In this document: in pieces, positions 1-8,996 of the stretch
Position numbering within the stretch: position 1 is the stretch's first letter
Layout: the number at the start of each line of letters is the position of its first letter
Assembly: GCA_016219645.1 (NCBI GenBank)
Contig: JACRLR010000012.1
Location: 45,220-77,219 of the forward strand
Origin: Nitrospirota bacterium
Lineage (GTDB): Bacteria > Nitrospirota > Nitrospiria > Nitrospirales > Nitrospiraceae
Length of the DNA: 32,000 nt
Direction: 5' to 3'
The notes under the pieces: generated by a model
What the model saw: the letters and a program-made list of their open reading frames with translations, nothing else
Databases searched by the model: none
Told to the model about the DNA's origin: nothing
Program-made: the position numbers and the translations under genes

Positions 1-1
1 G

Positions 2-157
2 AGCAAAACCGCCTATCAAAAGTGCAGCGACTGTCCCTACGCGACCAAGCCCTACTGCCCACTGCAGGATGCGATGGGTGAGGTTCGTAATGCCATCGCC
101 GATATTCTCGACAACTACACGCTCGACGATTTTGCATCAGTGCCTCGCAAAGGATAA
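2..157 (+). CDS. C-terminal fragment of a putative Rrf2-family (IscR/NsrR-type) transcriptional regulator; 5' end lies outside the window
   Basis: Frame 2 is open from the window edge to TAA at 155-157. The tail reads SKTAYQKCSDCPYATKPYCPLQDAMGEVRNAIADILDNYTLDDFASVPRKG. Three Cys followed by a helix ending in ..TLDDF resembles the Cys cluster and C-terminal helix of Rrf2 regulators. Only 51 aa are visible and the match is from memory. Confidence 0.4.
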   Translation, partial: SKTAYQKCSDCPYATKPYCPLQDAMGEVRNAIADILDNYTLDDFASVPRKG

Positions 158-159
158 GT

Positions 160-993
160 ATGGATCTCGTCGTGCTCGTAGCGATTACGCTTGTCGCCGC
201 TACCGTCAATGGCGCCCTGGGATACGGATTTTCTTCGATTACAGTTCCCGTCGCTCTGCTCTTTTATACCAACCGTATTCTAAATCCGGCATTAGTGCTC
301 GTCGAACTGGTGATCAATGGGTACGTCCTCTTTATCAACCGCAAAAGCATCCCGAACATTTGGTGGCGCGTGGCGCCTATCCTGATCGGCCTCCTGATCG
401 GTGTCGCCATCGGCAGCTATATTCTCTCCCTGGTGCATCCGTCCTGGGTAAAGTTCGTAACCTATATCATGCTGTTGCCGCTGATTCTGCTCCAAGCTGC
501 CGGTATCAGAAAACCCATCAAATCCGAAAAAGCCATCGCGGTCCCTTTCGGAGTGGGGATCGGGACCCTCTATTCCATTACCACCATCTCAGGCCCCCCC
601 CTTGCGGTCCTCTTCAATAATCAAGGATATGTCAAACAGGATTTCCGGGCCGCGCTCGGCGTCATTCGAGTGGGAGAAGCCGTCTTGACAGGAATCGCTT
701 ACTATTTCATCGGACTCTACAGTTACGCCAGCATGGAGATCATTCTGTACATCATCCCCAGCGTCCTATTGGGAATTCCGCTCGGAAGCTTTCTCATTCG
801 TTGGATGGACCCTGAAACATTCAGGCGGATCTGCATGGCTTTCGACGCCTTGATCGTCGCATTCGGATTGTCCAGGGTGCTCACAGAGTTGAATCTCGCT
901 ACCGCATCCACCACCTATAGTATTTTCACAATCATGATGATTGTGAATGCTTACCTACTCTATCGTTTTTTCAGGAACCGGACCGTCCCATGA
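160..993 (+). CDS. TauE/SafE (DUF81) family anion/sulfite exporter-like permease
   Basis: 277-aa ORF that is hydrophobic throughout with about 8 predicted TM segments. It has an N-terminal Gly-rich helix (VNGALGYGFSSITVPVALL) and a second half-repeat (GVGIGTLYSITTISGPPLAV), both typical of the TauE/SafE family. The ATG lies 2 nt after the upstream stop. Confidence 0.8.
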   Translation: MDLVVLVAITLVAATVNGALGYGFSSITVPVALLFYTNRILNPALVLVELVINGYVLFINRKSIPNIWWRVAPILIGLLIGVAIGSYILSLVHPSWVKFVTYIMLLPLILLQAAGIRKPIKSEKAIAVPFGVGIGTLYSITTISGPPLAVLFNNQGYVKQDFRAALGVIRVGEAVLTGIAYYFIGLYSYASMEIILYIIPSVLLGIPLGSFLIRWMDPETFRRICMAFDALIVAFGLSRVLTELNLATASTTYSIFTIMMIVNAYLLYRFFRNRTVP

Positions 994-1382
994 GGGAGAA
1001 GATCATCGTCTCGTGTAGTTAATTGGGCATAACCAACTAGGTAAACTCAACAGGCTAGTTACACCAGTTCAATCCCTCCGGCTCCTCTTGCTTACCTCGC
1101 TCGTAACCCGTTCTGTGCCCATGGGATACCTTCATTGCCTGGAGCCTCAACCAGCTCGCTCACTGCACATCCCAATCCTGATCTGATTCCTCCGAACAGC
1201 AGCAGCGGAATAGCGGGAACCCTTATGGGACGGCGTTTTGCGCCGACACTGGATCTGTAGGGTGAGGCCTTCAGACTGTACAAATCCAACAACCTCGCGC
1301 AACGAGGTCTCATCAATTTCAATAAAGAGATTCACTAGTTAGAACCGCGCGCGATGGCACGTAGCTTGCTCTACCCTCGACT

Positions 1383-1844
1383 ATGTTTCATTACTTGCCC
1401 CACAACACGCACGAAGTCGCGCGAACGAAATCAACGCCCCATACAGTACCGTTACCTTTGACCGCCATCGTGGTCGGTCTGTTTGTGGCGATCATGCCCC
1501 TGCTGACCGGATGCGCCCCAGAACACCAGGCCGACAGCGGATCAACAGCAACACCAGCAGCAGCCACCGCCTCTCTCGAATGGCTTCCGGTTCAAGACCC
1601 TTCAGTCATTGCCTACTTCGTCCATTACGGCAAACAATCACCGGGACAACCAGGCAGCTGTACATACGAAAGTTCCATGTACGTTGACTCCCCGTCAGCC
1701 ACAGTCCCTAACCTTGATCCGAATACTACCTACTATTTTGCAGTTAGTGCCTATAACGGCCTTGAGAGCCCCTGTTCAGAAGAGGTCTCGACCGTCACGG
1801 AATCTCCTGCTCCCCTAACCAATCAACCAGTCCCATTGGCCTAG
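1383..1844 (+). CDS. Putative lipoprotein with a fibronectin type III-like domain
   Basis: A hydrophobic segment ends in the lipobox LLTGC. The mature part contains LEWLPV..Y.V.YG....Y....V..P.ATVPNLDPNTTYYFAVSAYN, a classic FN3 signature. The exact start codon is uncertain. Confidence 0.6.
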   Translation: MFHYLPHNTHEVARTKSTPHTVPLPLTAIVVGLFVAIMPLLTGCAPEHQADSGSTATPAAATASLEWLPVQDPSVIAYFVHYGKQSPGQPGSCTYESSMYVDSPSATVPNLDPNTTYYFAVSAYNGLESPCSEEVSTVTESPAPLTNQPVPLA

Positions 1845-1851
1845 GCAGAGA

Positions 1852-1886
1852 GGGGGTCAGGCACCATTTGGGGGCTGACCCCGTTT
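1852..1886 (+). terminator. Candidate terminator hairpin after the FN3 lipoprotein gene
   Basis: GGGGTCAG (1853-1860) pairs with CTGACCCC (1875-1882) and is followed by GTTTC. The loop is long and the U-tract weak. Confidence 0.3.
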
Positions 1887-1982
1887 CAGCCTTACCAAAT
1901 CACTTCAAGAGGCTCGTCTCTCAGGTTCATCTGGTTTGATTCGTTCAACCAGACAGATAGACGAGATAAACCAGATAGACCC

Positions 1983-2117
1983 TTATCGTTCCCTCAGACT
2001 TTCCTTGACGGACTTCAGCAACGGGCTCAACAGATATTCAATGACGCGCCGCTGGCCGGTCTTGATTTCCACCGTCACCGCCATCCCGGGGGAAAATTTC
2101 TTTGGCTGATTCACGGG
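1983..2117 (-). pseudogene. 3'-terminal remnant of an HlyD-family type I secretion membrane-fusion protein gene
   Basis: The minus-strand frame reads ..PVNQPKKFSPGMAVTVEIKTGQRRVIEYLLSPLLKSVKESLRER*. This closely parallels the extreme C-terminus of E. coli HlyD as I remember it (..GMSVTAEIKTGMRSVISYLLSPLEESVTESLRER). No matching upstream body or start codon exists, so only about 45 codons survive. Confidence 0.7.
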
Positions 2118-2355
2118 CTTCCAACGATGGTGGTGAAGGGCAGGGGTTCCTCCCGTCGTTAACCGACGCGTGGGGCTTTGATATTCAAGGGGTTGCGCGG
2201 GTAGCTTAGAAATCTGACCCGCGGTTTACGAACTTCCCCTAGTGCAACACCCGACCACCCGACCCCACAAGAAACCACAACTCAGGAGACTGCCCAAGTG
2301 GGGCTAGATGGGCCTGGTTTGTCCTGTCCTGGTAGCAGCGTGGGAGCAGAGGAAC

Positions 2356-2669
2356 TCATGGATTCGTCAACCTAGTCGGGCAATTGGTAAATCTTCCAAT
2401 GAGTACCATTGCGGATTCCAATGACGCCGAGTTGACCCGGAGAAGGGGCCCAGACCCACTCTTGTCCCTCTTCTTTTCTCGATTGGGGATTAGGGGGTGG
2501 GATTGGCGACGGCGAGATGAGACGCATCCAATGTTCGGAGGGTACCCTGCAGTTGACCGAGCCAAGCGCGCGCCACGCGATAGTCGCGGGGGCGCATCGG
2601 TATAACACGGTAGTACCCGTCTTCCACATGGGCGTCCAGCTGGGTGAGGATGCGGGCCCCTTCATCCTC
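2356..2669 (-). pseudogene. N-terminally truncated, frameshifted PIN-domain (VapC-like) toxin remnant
   Basis: The minus frame from 2669 to 2490 reads EDEGARILTQLDAHVEDGYYRVIPMRPRDYRVARAWLGQLQGTLRTLDASHLAVANPTP*. The ..LRTLDAsHLAvA block is the conserved third acidic motif of VapC PIN domains. A possible continuation (..PLLRVNSASLESAMVLIG..) lies in another frame. The N-terminal ~45 aa, including the first catalytic Asp, are missing, and the fragment abuts the Sel1 gene stop codon. Confidence 0.4.
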
Positions 2670-3257
2670 TCATTGGTCTTTCGATTTCCACTCACTCGCC
2701 AGTTTCTTGGCCTGGGCAATTTGAGCCGGCGTCATCTCTTTGTCCAGTGAGTTGAGCAGCAGGGGCGCAGACTTATCTCCGTTCGTCGCGGCCAGACTGA
2801 GCCACGTGTACGCCTGGACCTTATCTTTCGGCACGCCTTCCCCGTAATCGTACATGATGGCGAGTTTCGTTTGAGCGAGTGCCATTCCTTGGTTTGCCGC
2901 GAGACGGAACCATCGCAGGGCTTGCTGATAATCCTTCCGACCGCCTTCTCCATTAAAATACAAGGTGCCCAGGCTGAACTGCGCCTTGGCCTCTCCCTGC
3001 GCCGCCGCTTTTCCATACCACTTCCGGGCTTGCACATCGTCCTGCGGCACCCCGCGGCCCTTGTGATACATCATCCCCACTTGATACTGCGCCAGGGCAT
3101 CGCCCTGCTCCGCCAGCGGCTGCCACTCCCGCAAGGCGGTGGCGTAGTCTTCACGGTCATGCGCATTCATGCCAGCCTGAAAATCGGCCCATGCCGGCAC
3201 GGCGAGACAGAAGATCGACAACACAAGGGTCATAGTCAATCGGAAGGACACAGGCAC
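2670..3257 (-). CDS. Secreted Sel1-repeat (SLR/TPR-like) protein
   Basis: Signal peptide (..CLAVPAWA|DF) followed by four Sel1 repeats matching A....LG.MY..G.GV..D...A..W..KAA.QG...AQ..L, for example AQYQVGMMYHKGRGVPQDDVQARKWYGKAAAQGEAKAQ. Confidence 0.85.
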   Translation of the reverse strand: MPVSFRLTMTLVLSIFCLAVPAWADFQAGMNAHDREDYATALREWQPLAEQGDALAQYQVGMMYHKGRGVPQDDVQARKWYGKAAAQGEAKAQFSLGTLYFNGEGGRKDYQQALRWFRLAANQGMALAQTKLAIMYDYGEGVPKDKVQAYTWLSLAATNGDKSAPLLLNSLDKEMTPAQIAQAKKLASEWKSKDQ

Positions 3258-3437
3258 CTCACAAAATGGTCCATTCTAGAAGGGTCGCGCTGGGAGGAGC
3301 AAGGCCACCCGCGCGGCGGTGGTGAGCGCTGAGGGACTCGGGAAAGGCAAGACCGGAGCGATCAGGCATGGGCGGAGTATAGAACGGAGGCACCGCCCCC
3401 TTCCGCTGGGATGGCGTCGCAAAGGTATTGTGTCAGC

Positions 3438-3827
3438 CTATCTGCTCCGGTACTTCTCAGCCAGGTGTGTGATCGCTTGTTCAGCGTGTTTCGTCGCCAC
3501 GTCCGCATGACCTGCTTTCCCGTGCTCAATGGCCTGCTTGAGTTCCCCGATCCCTGCGTCCACATGCGGAGCCTCGCCGGCCTTCAGAGCAGACTGTAGC
3601 GCCGCTTCCGCACTGGTGAGGAATGCACCCACATGACCCTGTTTACCATGGTCCGCCGCCTCTTGGGCGAGCGTGATGGCTTCCTCGCGGTGCTGCTCCT
3701 AAGCGCGTATCACATCCCGCCTGGCCCCGCCTTCGCCAAATACCTGTTGCAGCGGTAGCACCGTGGCGGTGACGAGAACAACTAGTGCGGCGAGTCCAAC
3801 AGCTTGCGACATGGTATATCGTGTCAT
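3438..3827 (-). pseudogene. SmbP-like small His-rich periplasmic metal (Cu)-binding protein gene interrupted by an in-frame TAG
   Basis: One frame reads signal peptide MTRYTMSQAVGLAALVVLVTATVLPLQQVFG.., then TAG at 3699-3701, then EQHREEAITLAQEAADHGKQGHVGAF..HVDAGIGELKQAIEHGKAGHADVATKHAEQAITHLAEKY. The latter resembles N. europaea SmbP repeats from memory ([35 protein letters not shown]). RBS GGGAGA sits 6 nt before the ATG at 3827. Confidence 0.6.
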
Positions 3828-3898
3828 TGGCATTCTCCCTTCTGAATAGACGTGAATACTACGGGCTAAAGGGTGACCCTGATCCTGCTCCGTTTCAC

Positions 3899-5182
3899 TC
3901 ATCTACCCACCACCGGCGTAAACCCCTCGAACGACTGAAGAGATGTTTCGACCATGACTCGCGCCAACTGATCCCGGTTCAGCGGACAGGTTCTCTCTTC
4001 GGTCTTGCGAACCAAGCCCGTCGGAACGGTGTCGCTCGTCCAGAGTTTGATGACGAGGCGGCAATTTTTGAAGGTCGGCCACACCAACGCGTCATACGCA
4101 TATGTCGCGGACTCCCAGTGCGTCGCAATCCGGGCGCCATTGACTTCGATCGTGTCTTCGCCGGTTTCAATCGGTACGGTGTTTGGGTGGACACCCATCG
4201 CAAGATTGCCGGCTTGATGAAAGATAGTCAGCAGTTGGGCAGAACGGGATTGATTCGCCAACGGGTCGTCACCGGGATCGTACTGAGCGGCAATCGTTTC
4301 TTCCCATTGATTCGGAGGCATGGGCCTCCCGTACCGATCAGTAGGAGCTTCGCTGAACCACAGTCTGATCTTCTCAGCGTTGATGGCCCGCAACTGATAG
4401 GCCTTGAGAGAAGTGATCGGACCAGCCAGGAAGTTGTTCGGATCGGCCAGAGTCCAGTACCGAGCGGCGTACACAACCTTCGCACCAGGCGCGAAGTTCT
4501 TCCAGGCCAGATATTCAGGATGGTCAACGAGCGCCACGGTTGACTTGGCCGGATCCGGATAGGTTTCCTTCAACGCCTGGGCGACGGCCTCCGGTACTGG
4601 GATCTCTTTTCGACTATGTTCCGTGATGGTGTCGTACCGATCCTGTGTTGTTTCGACCGACATCTGCCTCTGGTACTCGTTGGTGATTTCTTCCGCGATC
4701 TTGTCGATTGCCGTGCTGAGAACGTTGCGCAAGTCGGGGCCGCTCACATCGATGAGCTTGCCGAGATAGGGCTCCGCGATACGCCGGGCAATCACCTCAG
4801 CGTTCCGATAGTAATATTCCGAAATCTGCCGATGCCCTTCTGCATGTTCAACAATCCTCTTCTGCGGATTATTCGGCAGCCATGTCGTGAGGTTAAGTTG
4901 CAGCGTCACTTTAATCCGGTTGATCGTGGCCTTCGCATGCATCGCATCGGTCTGCATGATCTGACCGCCGACGGACGCATCGGAAAGGAACCCCCCGGCA
5001 CGCACCGCCTCTTCGGGTCCCGTGAGCGGCGGCCGGTCACGCGGCGGACGGTTGGGATCGAAGTATCGCGTACCAATTTGAGCCGGCATTTTGACGATCT
5101 CCACCTGCGGCTGTTTCGACTGAGCAGATGGAACTCCGACAACCAGCACGAGTATGATCATGAGCCACGAACGCATAGACAC
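3899..5182 (-). CDS. Secreted hypothetical protein (N-terminal region with a DUF922-like ..EHAEGH.. motif; function unknown)
   Basis: 427-aa ORF with a clear signal peptide (MSMRSWLMIILVLVVGVPSAQS). The segment LTTWLPNNPQKRIVEHAEGHRQISEYYY loosely recalls the H-x-x-G-H motif of predicted secreted Zn-protease-like DUF922. No confident family assignment was made. Confidence 0.6.
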   Translation of the reverse strand: MSMRSWLMIILVLVVGVPSAQSKQPQVEIVKMPAQIGTRYFDPNRPPRDRPPLTGPEEAVRAGGFLSDASVGGQIMQTDAMHAKATINRIKVTLQLNLTTWLPNNPQKRIVEHAEGHRQISEYYYRNAEVIARRIAEPYLGKLIDVSGPDLRNVLSTAIDKIAEEITNEYQRQMSVETTQDRYDTITEHSRKEIPVPEAVAQALKETYPDPAKSTVALVDHPEYLAWKNFAPGAKVVYAARYWTLADPNNFLAGPITSLKAYQLRAINAEKIRLWFSEAPTDRYGRPMPPNQWEETIAAQYDPGDDPLANQSRSAQLLTIFHQAGNLAMGVHPNTVPIETGEDTIEVNGARIATHWESATYAYDALVWPTFKNCRLVIKLWTSDTVPTGLVRKTEERTCPLNRDQLARVMVETSLQSFEGFTPVVGR

Positions 5183-5628
5183 CCTTCCTCATCACAGCTT
5201 CAGCTTGCTCTCTGCGCGCCTGCCTTGTCTTTCGCATCTTTCGCCTTGGCGGCTTTCACAGGCGGCTCGTGGGAGGTACCCGTCGATACCTCGTCCCGTC
5301 CGGCAACATAAGTAACCGGCAAACTTTAGGAAACACTCATTTTACTCGCAATAGGAACGGTGAGGCAATCGTAGTGAGTTGGGGAAAACCTCGCGAGGGC
5401 TGCTGAAGCCATCCGCATATCTTGATGAGTAAGAGGTCACCACAGAGGTATGCAGAATGCTCAAAACGGCTGATGTTCTCACCAGCCCAACCCCGGTGCC
5501 CGGCTCGACTGAGATCGCCGAAGTCCGAGACACGCCGTTCCGCGATCACGGCAGCAGCGAGCGAAGAACCGCTCTGCAACAGGTCAGCCTATGTTATAGT
5601 CCTGTGCCATCTTTAGGAGACTCACTGC

Positions 5629-7179
5629 ATGAACAACTCGACAGGCAGCTACTCCCCCTCCGTTGTTGTGATTATTCTCCTGGGAATCATCCTCGGGCTG
5701 TTTTCCTTTGTGAGCCGAGGGTACGCGCAATCGGAGGAAGACCCGCAGGCATGGCTTGGTGCACTCAATAGCCTGTCGAGCGAACGGATGCTCGCCGACG
5801 TGCGCACGTTAAGCAGCCCGGCTTTCAACGGACGGCAAGCTGGATCCGCCGATGACCTGCGATCCGCACAATGGGTTGCACAGGAATTGACGTCGGCAGG
5901 GATACAACTCCCGCGGATTGACAACAACGGAATCGCCTTTCCCTCTCCCAGTGCCGGGAAGGAAGAGGCCGGCATCATGGCCTCTGTGGTCTCCACGCCA
6001 CTCATCGAACCTAATCCGGTTGTTCGCACTGGCGCAGCGGACCAGTTGGTCACCGCGGAGCTGGGCAAGGACTACTTCCCGGTCTTTGACTCCCCCTCTG
6101 CCGATCTCCAGGGTCAGATCGTCTTCGTCGGGTACGGCATGGTCGATCCCGCTCAAGGGATCGACGAGTACGCCGGCGTCGATGTGAAGAACTGCATCGT
6201 GCTCTTCCTGCGTGGCAAACCGGATCACTACCCAAGCCCTGTCAGCCACGCCGATAAGGTCCGCTTCGCACGAGATCGAGGAGCCGTGGCCTACCTGACC
6301 GCTACAGGGCCGATTATCAGCCCCTATGAAATACGCCGCGGCGCGACGGGAAGGCCCAGCGCAATGTATGGGCAGCTCCCCCCTGCCCAAGCCCTCCCTG
6401 GCGCATGGATCAGCACCAAATTGGCCGAGACGCTTCTCGCTGGAAGCGGCGGGGAGTCCAATCCTAACCACTTTCGCATCCTCCAAGAACAACTCAATAA
6501 CGCCCCGTCAGCGCGATCGCGCCTCGTCAATCGATTTGCATCTCTCCATTGGAAAACCACGATCGCGGACGGCTTGCTGACGAACGTGGTGGGGATGATT
6601 CCTGGGACAGGGCCGGATACTATTGTCATCGCCGCCCATCGCGACCATTTCGGACGTCCAGCGGGCCTCTGGTTTCCCGGCGCGGACGACAATGCCTCAG
6701 GAACGGCTGTCGTCCTGGAGGTTGCACGTGCCCTTGGGAAAATCGGCCTGCGCCCTGAACGGACGATCCTCTTTGTTTCCTTTAGCGGACAGGAGAGAGA
6801 TGTGCTCGGGTCGCGCCTCTATACATCGAGACCCGTCATCCCCCTCGACTCAACAAGGGCCATGGTCAACATCGACCATGTCGGAGCGGGAGACAGCGTG
6901 TTAATGTTCCGTGTCGCAGAGTTGAAGAAATCTGTGTTACGGGAAGCAGGGTTTGTCGCAGGGTTGGTCAAGAAGCTTGATTATTACAGTTTCTTGCCCG
7001 GCGGCGACGACGGACCGTTCAAAGAGGCCGGCATTCCAACTGTCAGCATCGCAAGCGGCGGGGTCCACCCGCACATGAGTCTGCCCACCGACACCGCCGA
7101 CACGATCAATCCGGAAATTTTGCGGACCATCGCACGGTATGTCGTAGCACTCACCTGGCAACTGGCGAATTCTCAATAA
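5629..7179 (+). CDS. M28-family Zn aminopeptidase with an inserted PA (protease-associated) domain
   Basis: N-terminal TM/signal segment, a PA-like block (QGQIVFVGYG...VDVKNCIVLFLRG), and M28 metal-ligand motifs IAAHRDHFG..GADDNASGTAVVLEVARAL and LFVSFSGQERDVLGSRLY...NIDHVG. Confidence 0.85.
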   Translation: MNNSTGSYSPSVVVIILLGIILGLFSFVSRGYAQSEEDPQAWLGALNSLSSERMLADVRTLSSPAFNGRQAGSADDLRSAQWVAQELTSAGIQLPRIDNNGIAFPSPSAGKEEAGIMASVVSTPLIEPNPVVRTGAADQLVTAELGKDYFPVFDSPSADLQGQIVFVGYGMVDPAQGIDEYAGVDVKNCIVLFLRGKPDHYPSPVSHADKVRFARDRGAVAYLTATGPIISPYEIRRGATGRPSAMYGQLPPAQALPGAWISTKLAETLLAGSGGESNPNHFRILQEQLNNAPSARSRLVNRFASLHWKTTIADGLLTNVVGMIPGTGPDTIVIAAHRDHFGRPAGLWFPGADDNASGTAVVLEVARALGKIGLRPERTILFVSFSGQERDVLGSRLYTSRPVIPLDSTRAMVNIDHVGAGDSVLMFRVAELKKSVLREAGFVAGLVKKLDYYSFLPGGDDGPFKEAGIPTVSIASGGVHPHMSLPTDTADTINPEILRTIARYVVALTWQLANSQ

Positions 7180-7255
7180 GAGATACGCGAGGCTAATCCG
7201 TTCTCTTCACGTGGCGTTCAGATCGTGTTCCGAAACCTTCTTCTGCACGCTCAGA

Positions 7256-7861
7256 TCAATGGCGCATATGAGCCCTTGAGGAATCCGGGAGGAGGCGGAA
7301 CGACCTCAGCATTTTCCCGCCCTGGGCGTCATACGGCACGAGACCGTACACGTACTGATCGTTCGCAAGATAGACGAACTCGTTAGGGGCAGGTTGCTGG
7401 CGGAGGGTCACTCTCAACCCTTCCTTCACGCCTGTCAGTCGAACCAAAGAAATCTCGCTGCCGGGAGGCAGCAGTCCGGATGAGTCGAGCCAGTCCTGCA
7501 GCAAGCGTTCCGGCGATCGCTCGAACACGCTGACGGTCAAACCCGAAGGTCCACGATCTGCCACCCGGCCGGTCGCGGGATCTTTCCGTTGAAAACGTAC
7601 GCGCTGGACCGCCGTCGGCTGTGTGGTTGTCTGGGCGGGGCCTTCGGTGAGAGGCACGTATTCTCTTGGATAGTACTTGACCGTAAAACCATAGGTGCGG
7701 TCAGTATATTTGTCTCGCATCTCCGCCTGGACGACAGGCGCTGAGTCCGTCGACTTGCCGATTTGCCGCACCGTGTTGTCGCACCCGGACAAGACGAGAC
7801 CCACGACAATCATCTTTGAAAGCCAACCGACTCGAAACACCATCGGTGTACCGTTCGCCAT
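7256..7861 (-). CDS. Hypothetical lipoprotein
   Basis: ORF 7256-7915. The likely start is an internal Met (MANGTPMVFRVGWLSKMIVVGLVLSGC) giving a signal peptide with lipobox VLSGC. No recognisable family. Confidence 0.5.
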   Translation of the reverse strand: MANGTPMVFRVGWLSKMIVVGLVLSGCDNTVRQIGKSTDSAPVVQAEMRDKYTDRTYGFTVKYYPREYVPLTEGPAQTTTQPTAVQRVRFQRKDPATGRVADRGPSGLTVSVFERSPERLLQDWLDSSGLLPPGSEISLVRLTGVKEGLRVTLRQQPAPNEFVYLANDQYVYGLVPYDAQGGKMLRSFRLLPDSSRAHMRH

Positions 7862-8187
7862 GTGATGCACCCCTCGTGCTTCCTGCCCCTGTGTGTATAA
7901 CCGACGAATCGGCACGGCGGTCCACCGATCGGCTCATGGAGGGTGGCGTACAACTGATTCGGCGCATTGCTGCGCGCGTCATCTTGCACGGAGGCAGCCG
8001 AGGATGTCAATGCATCGAGCGTACAAACGGCACGATCGAGCCAGGCCTTTGGCGGGACCGCCGTGAGCGCTTCGGACACTTAAAACCGGCACGTCATTGG
8101 CTCTGCGTCAGGGGATTCGAGGCAGACCTGCAATATGGAATCTCGTCGGCGGCACGGCCGCAAGTGTTTGAAAAACAGTGCGGCCTC

Positions 8188-8216
8188 TTGACACTTTGTA
8201 ATTTGCTATGTTACAT
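8188..8216 (+). promoter_or_regulatory. Candidate sigma70 promoter with an overlapping inverted repeat, upstream of the cytochrome c/NirK-like operon
   Basis: TTGACA (8188-8193), 17-nt spacer, TTACAT (8211-8216). The spacer and -10 contain the inverted repeat TGTAA-N9-TTACA. About 210 nt upstream of the cytochrome c start. Confidence 0.3.
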
Positions 8217-8427
8217 CGCCTTGCTTAGTTCGGTTGATAAGATGGCATAGGAGACAACTTCCCGGCATATGGTTATGCCTGGATGGTCTCTGTGCTATCG
8301 GCGTGTTAAGATACATTACTTTCGATGTGGCAGCCCAACGGGAAATAGAAACATACCTGATGGACCCCATGAAGTTGGACCTCGTCGATAGACCAGACTC
8401 ACCATTCATACAAATAAGGAGGCAGGA

Positions 8428-8889
8428 ATGACGGGAAGGAATTTCGGAATGGCAATCCTAATGATGGGGAGCGCTCTGATTCTGTCAGGAGGCATGGCTT
8501 TCGCTGAAGATGACCCCCCATTGCCCCCGGTTCCACCTGAGTATGCAGACAAAAAAATGCCGGCTGGAGGCTGGACGGATCCTAAGGCAATCGAAGAAGG
8601 AGAGCTGATTTACAAGGGCGAGGTTAATCCGAACGTCAACTGTGGCAGCTGCCACGGCAAGGACGGCACACCGGTCAAGAAAGGCGCGCGGGATATGCGC
8701 GATCCTAAAAATATCTGCCGCTGGTCTGACGCATTCTGGTTCTGGCGAATCTCGGAAGGTATCCCGAAGACAAAAATGAAAGGTTTCAAGAACGCCCTGA
8801 CGGAAGAGCAGATCTGGCATGTGATGGCGTTTGAGAACATGTTCTCAAACGGAGGCAAGCCGCACGACCACTCGTGCTACAAACCGTAA
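8428..8889 (+). CDS. Periplasmic monoheme class I c-type cytochrome
   Basis: RBS AAGGAGG, signal peptide (..GGMAFA|ED), a single CGSCH heme-binding motif, and a downstream Met-containing loop (IPKTKMKGF). First gene of the operon containing the NirK-like pair. Confidence 0.8.
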   Translation: MTGRNFGMAILMMGSALILSGGMAFAEDDPPLPPVPPEYADKKMPAGGWTDPKAIEEGELIYKGEVNPNVNCGSCHGKDGTPVKKGARDMRDPKNICRWSDAFWFWRISEGIPKTKMKGFKNALTEEQIWHVMAFENMFSNGGKPHDHSCYKP

Positions 8890-8996
8890 GCAGGAAGGTA
8901 ACGACAATGCCCTGAACCGGGGCTGACACCATTCGGTTCGCCCGCGTCGTATGAGAGAAGACAGTATCAGGGCAGTCCAAAATCAAAGGAGGCGTC

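Noticed and set aside
1055-1090. GTTCAATCC-containing stretch resembling a tRNA T-loop (a possible tRNA 3' end or att site)
   Set aside because: The flanking bases do not form a T-stem (ACCAG versus CCTCC), and no acceptor stem or CCA context could be built on either strand.
1092-1335. Two overlapping small minus-strand ORFs (62 and 76 aa). The first begins VNLFIEIDETSLREVVGFVQSEGLTLQIQC and is vaguely Cas2/antitoxin-like.
   Set aside because: The similarity is too vague to name a family, the frames overlap each other, and there is no convincing RBS. It may be another gene fossil, but I cannot support that.
3785-5311. Plus-strand ORFs of 252 aa (3785-4543) and 231 aa (4616-5311)
   Set aside because: They are antisense to the 427-aa secreted protein ORF, which has a proper signal peptide. 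The plus-strand translations are Arg-rich with no motifs.
5809-6492. 227-aa minus-strand ORF inside the M28 peptidase gene
   Set aside because: It is antisense to a gene with clear M28 metal-ligand motifs and has a low-complexity composition.
7810-8250. ORFs of 89 aa (-) and 144 aa (+) in the region upstream of the lipoprotein and cytochrome c genes
   Set aside because: They overlap each other and the lipoprotein N-terminus in other frames, with no RBS, signal peptide or motif. The region was treated as intergenic/regulatory.
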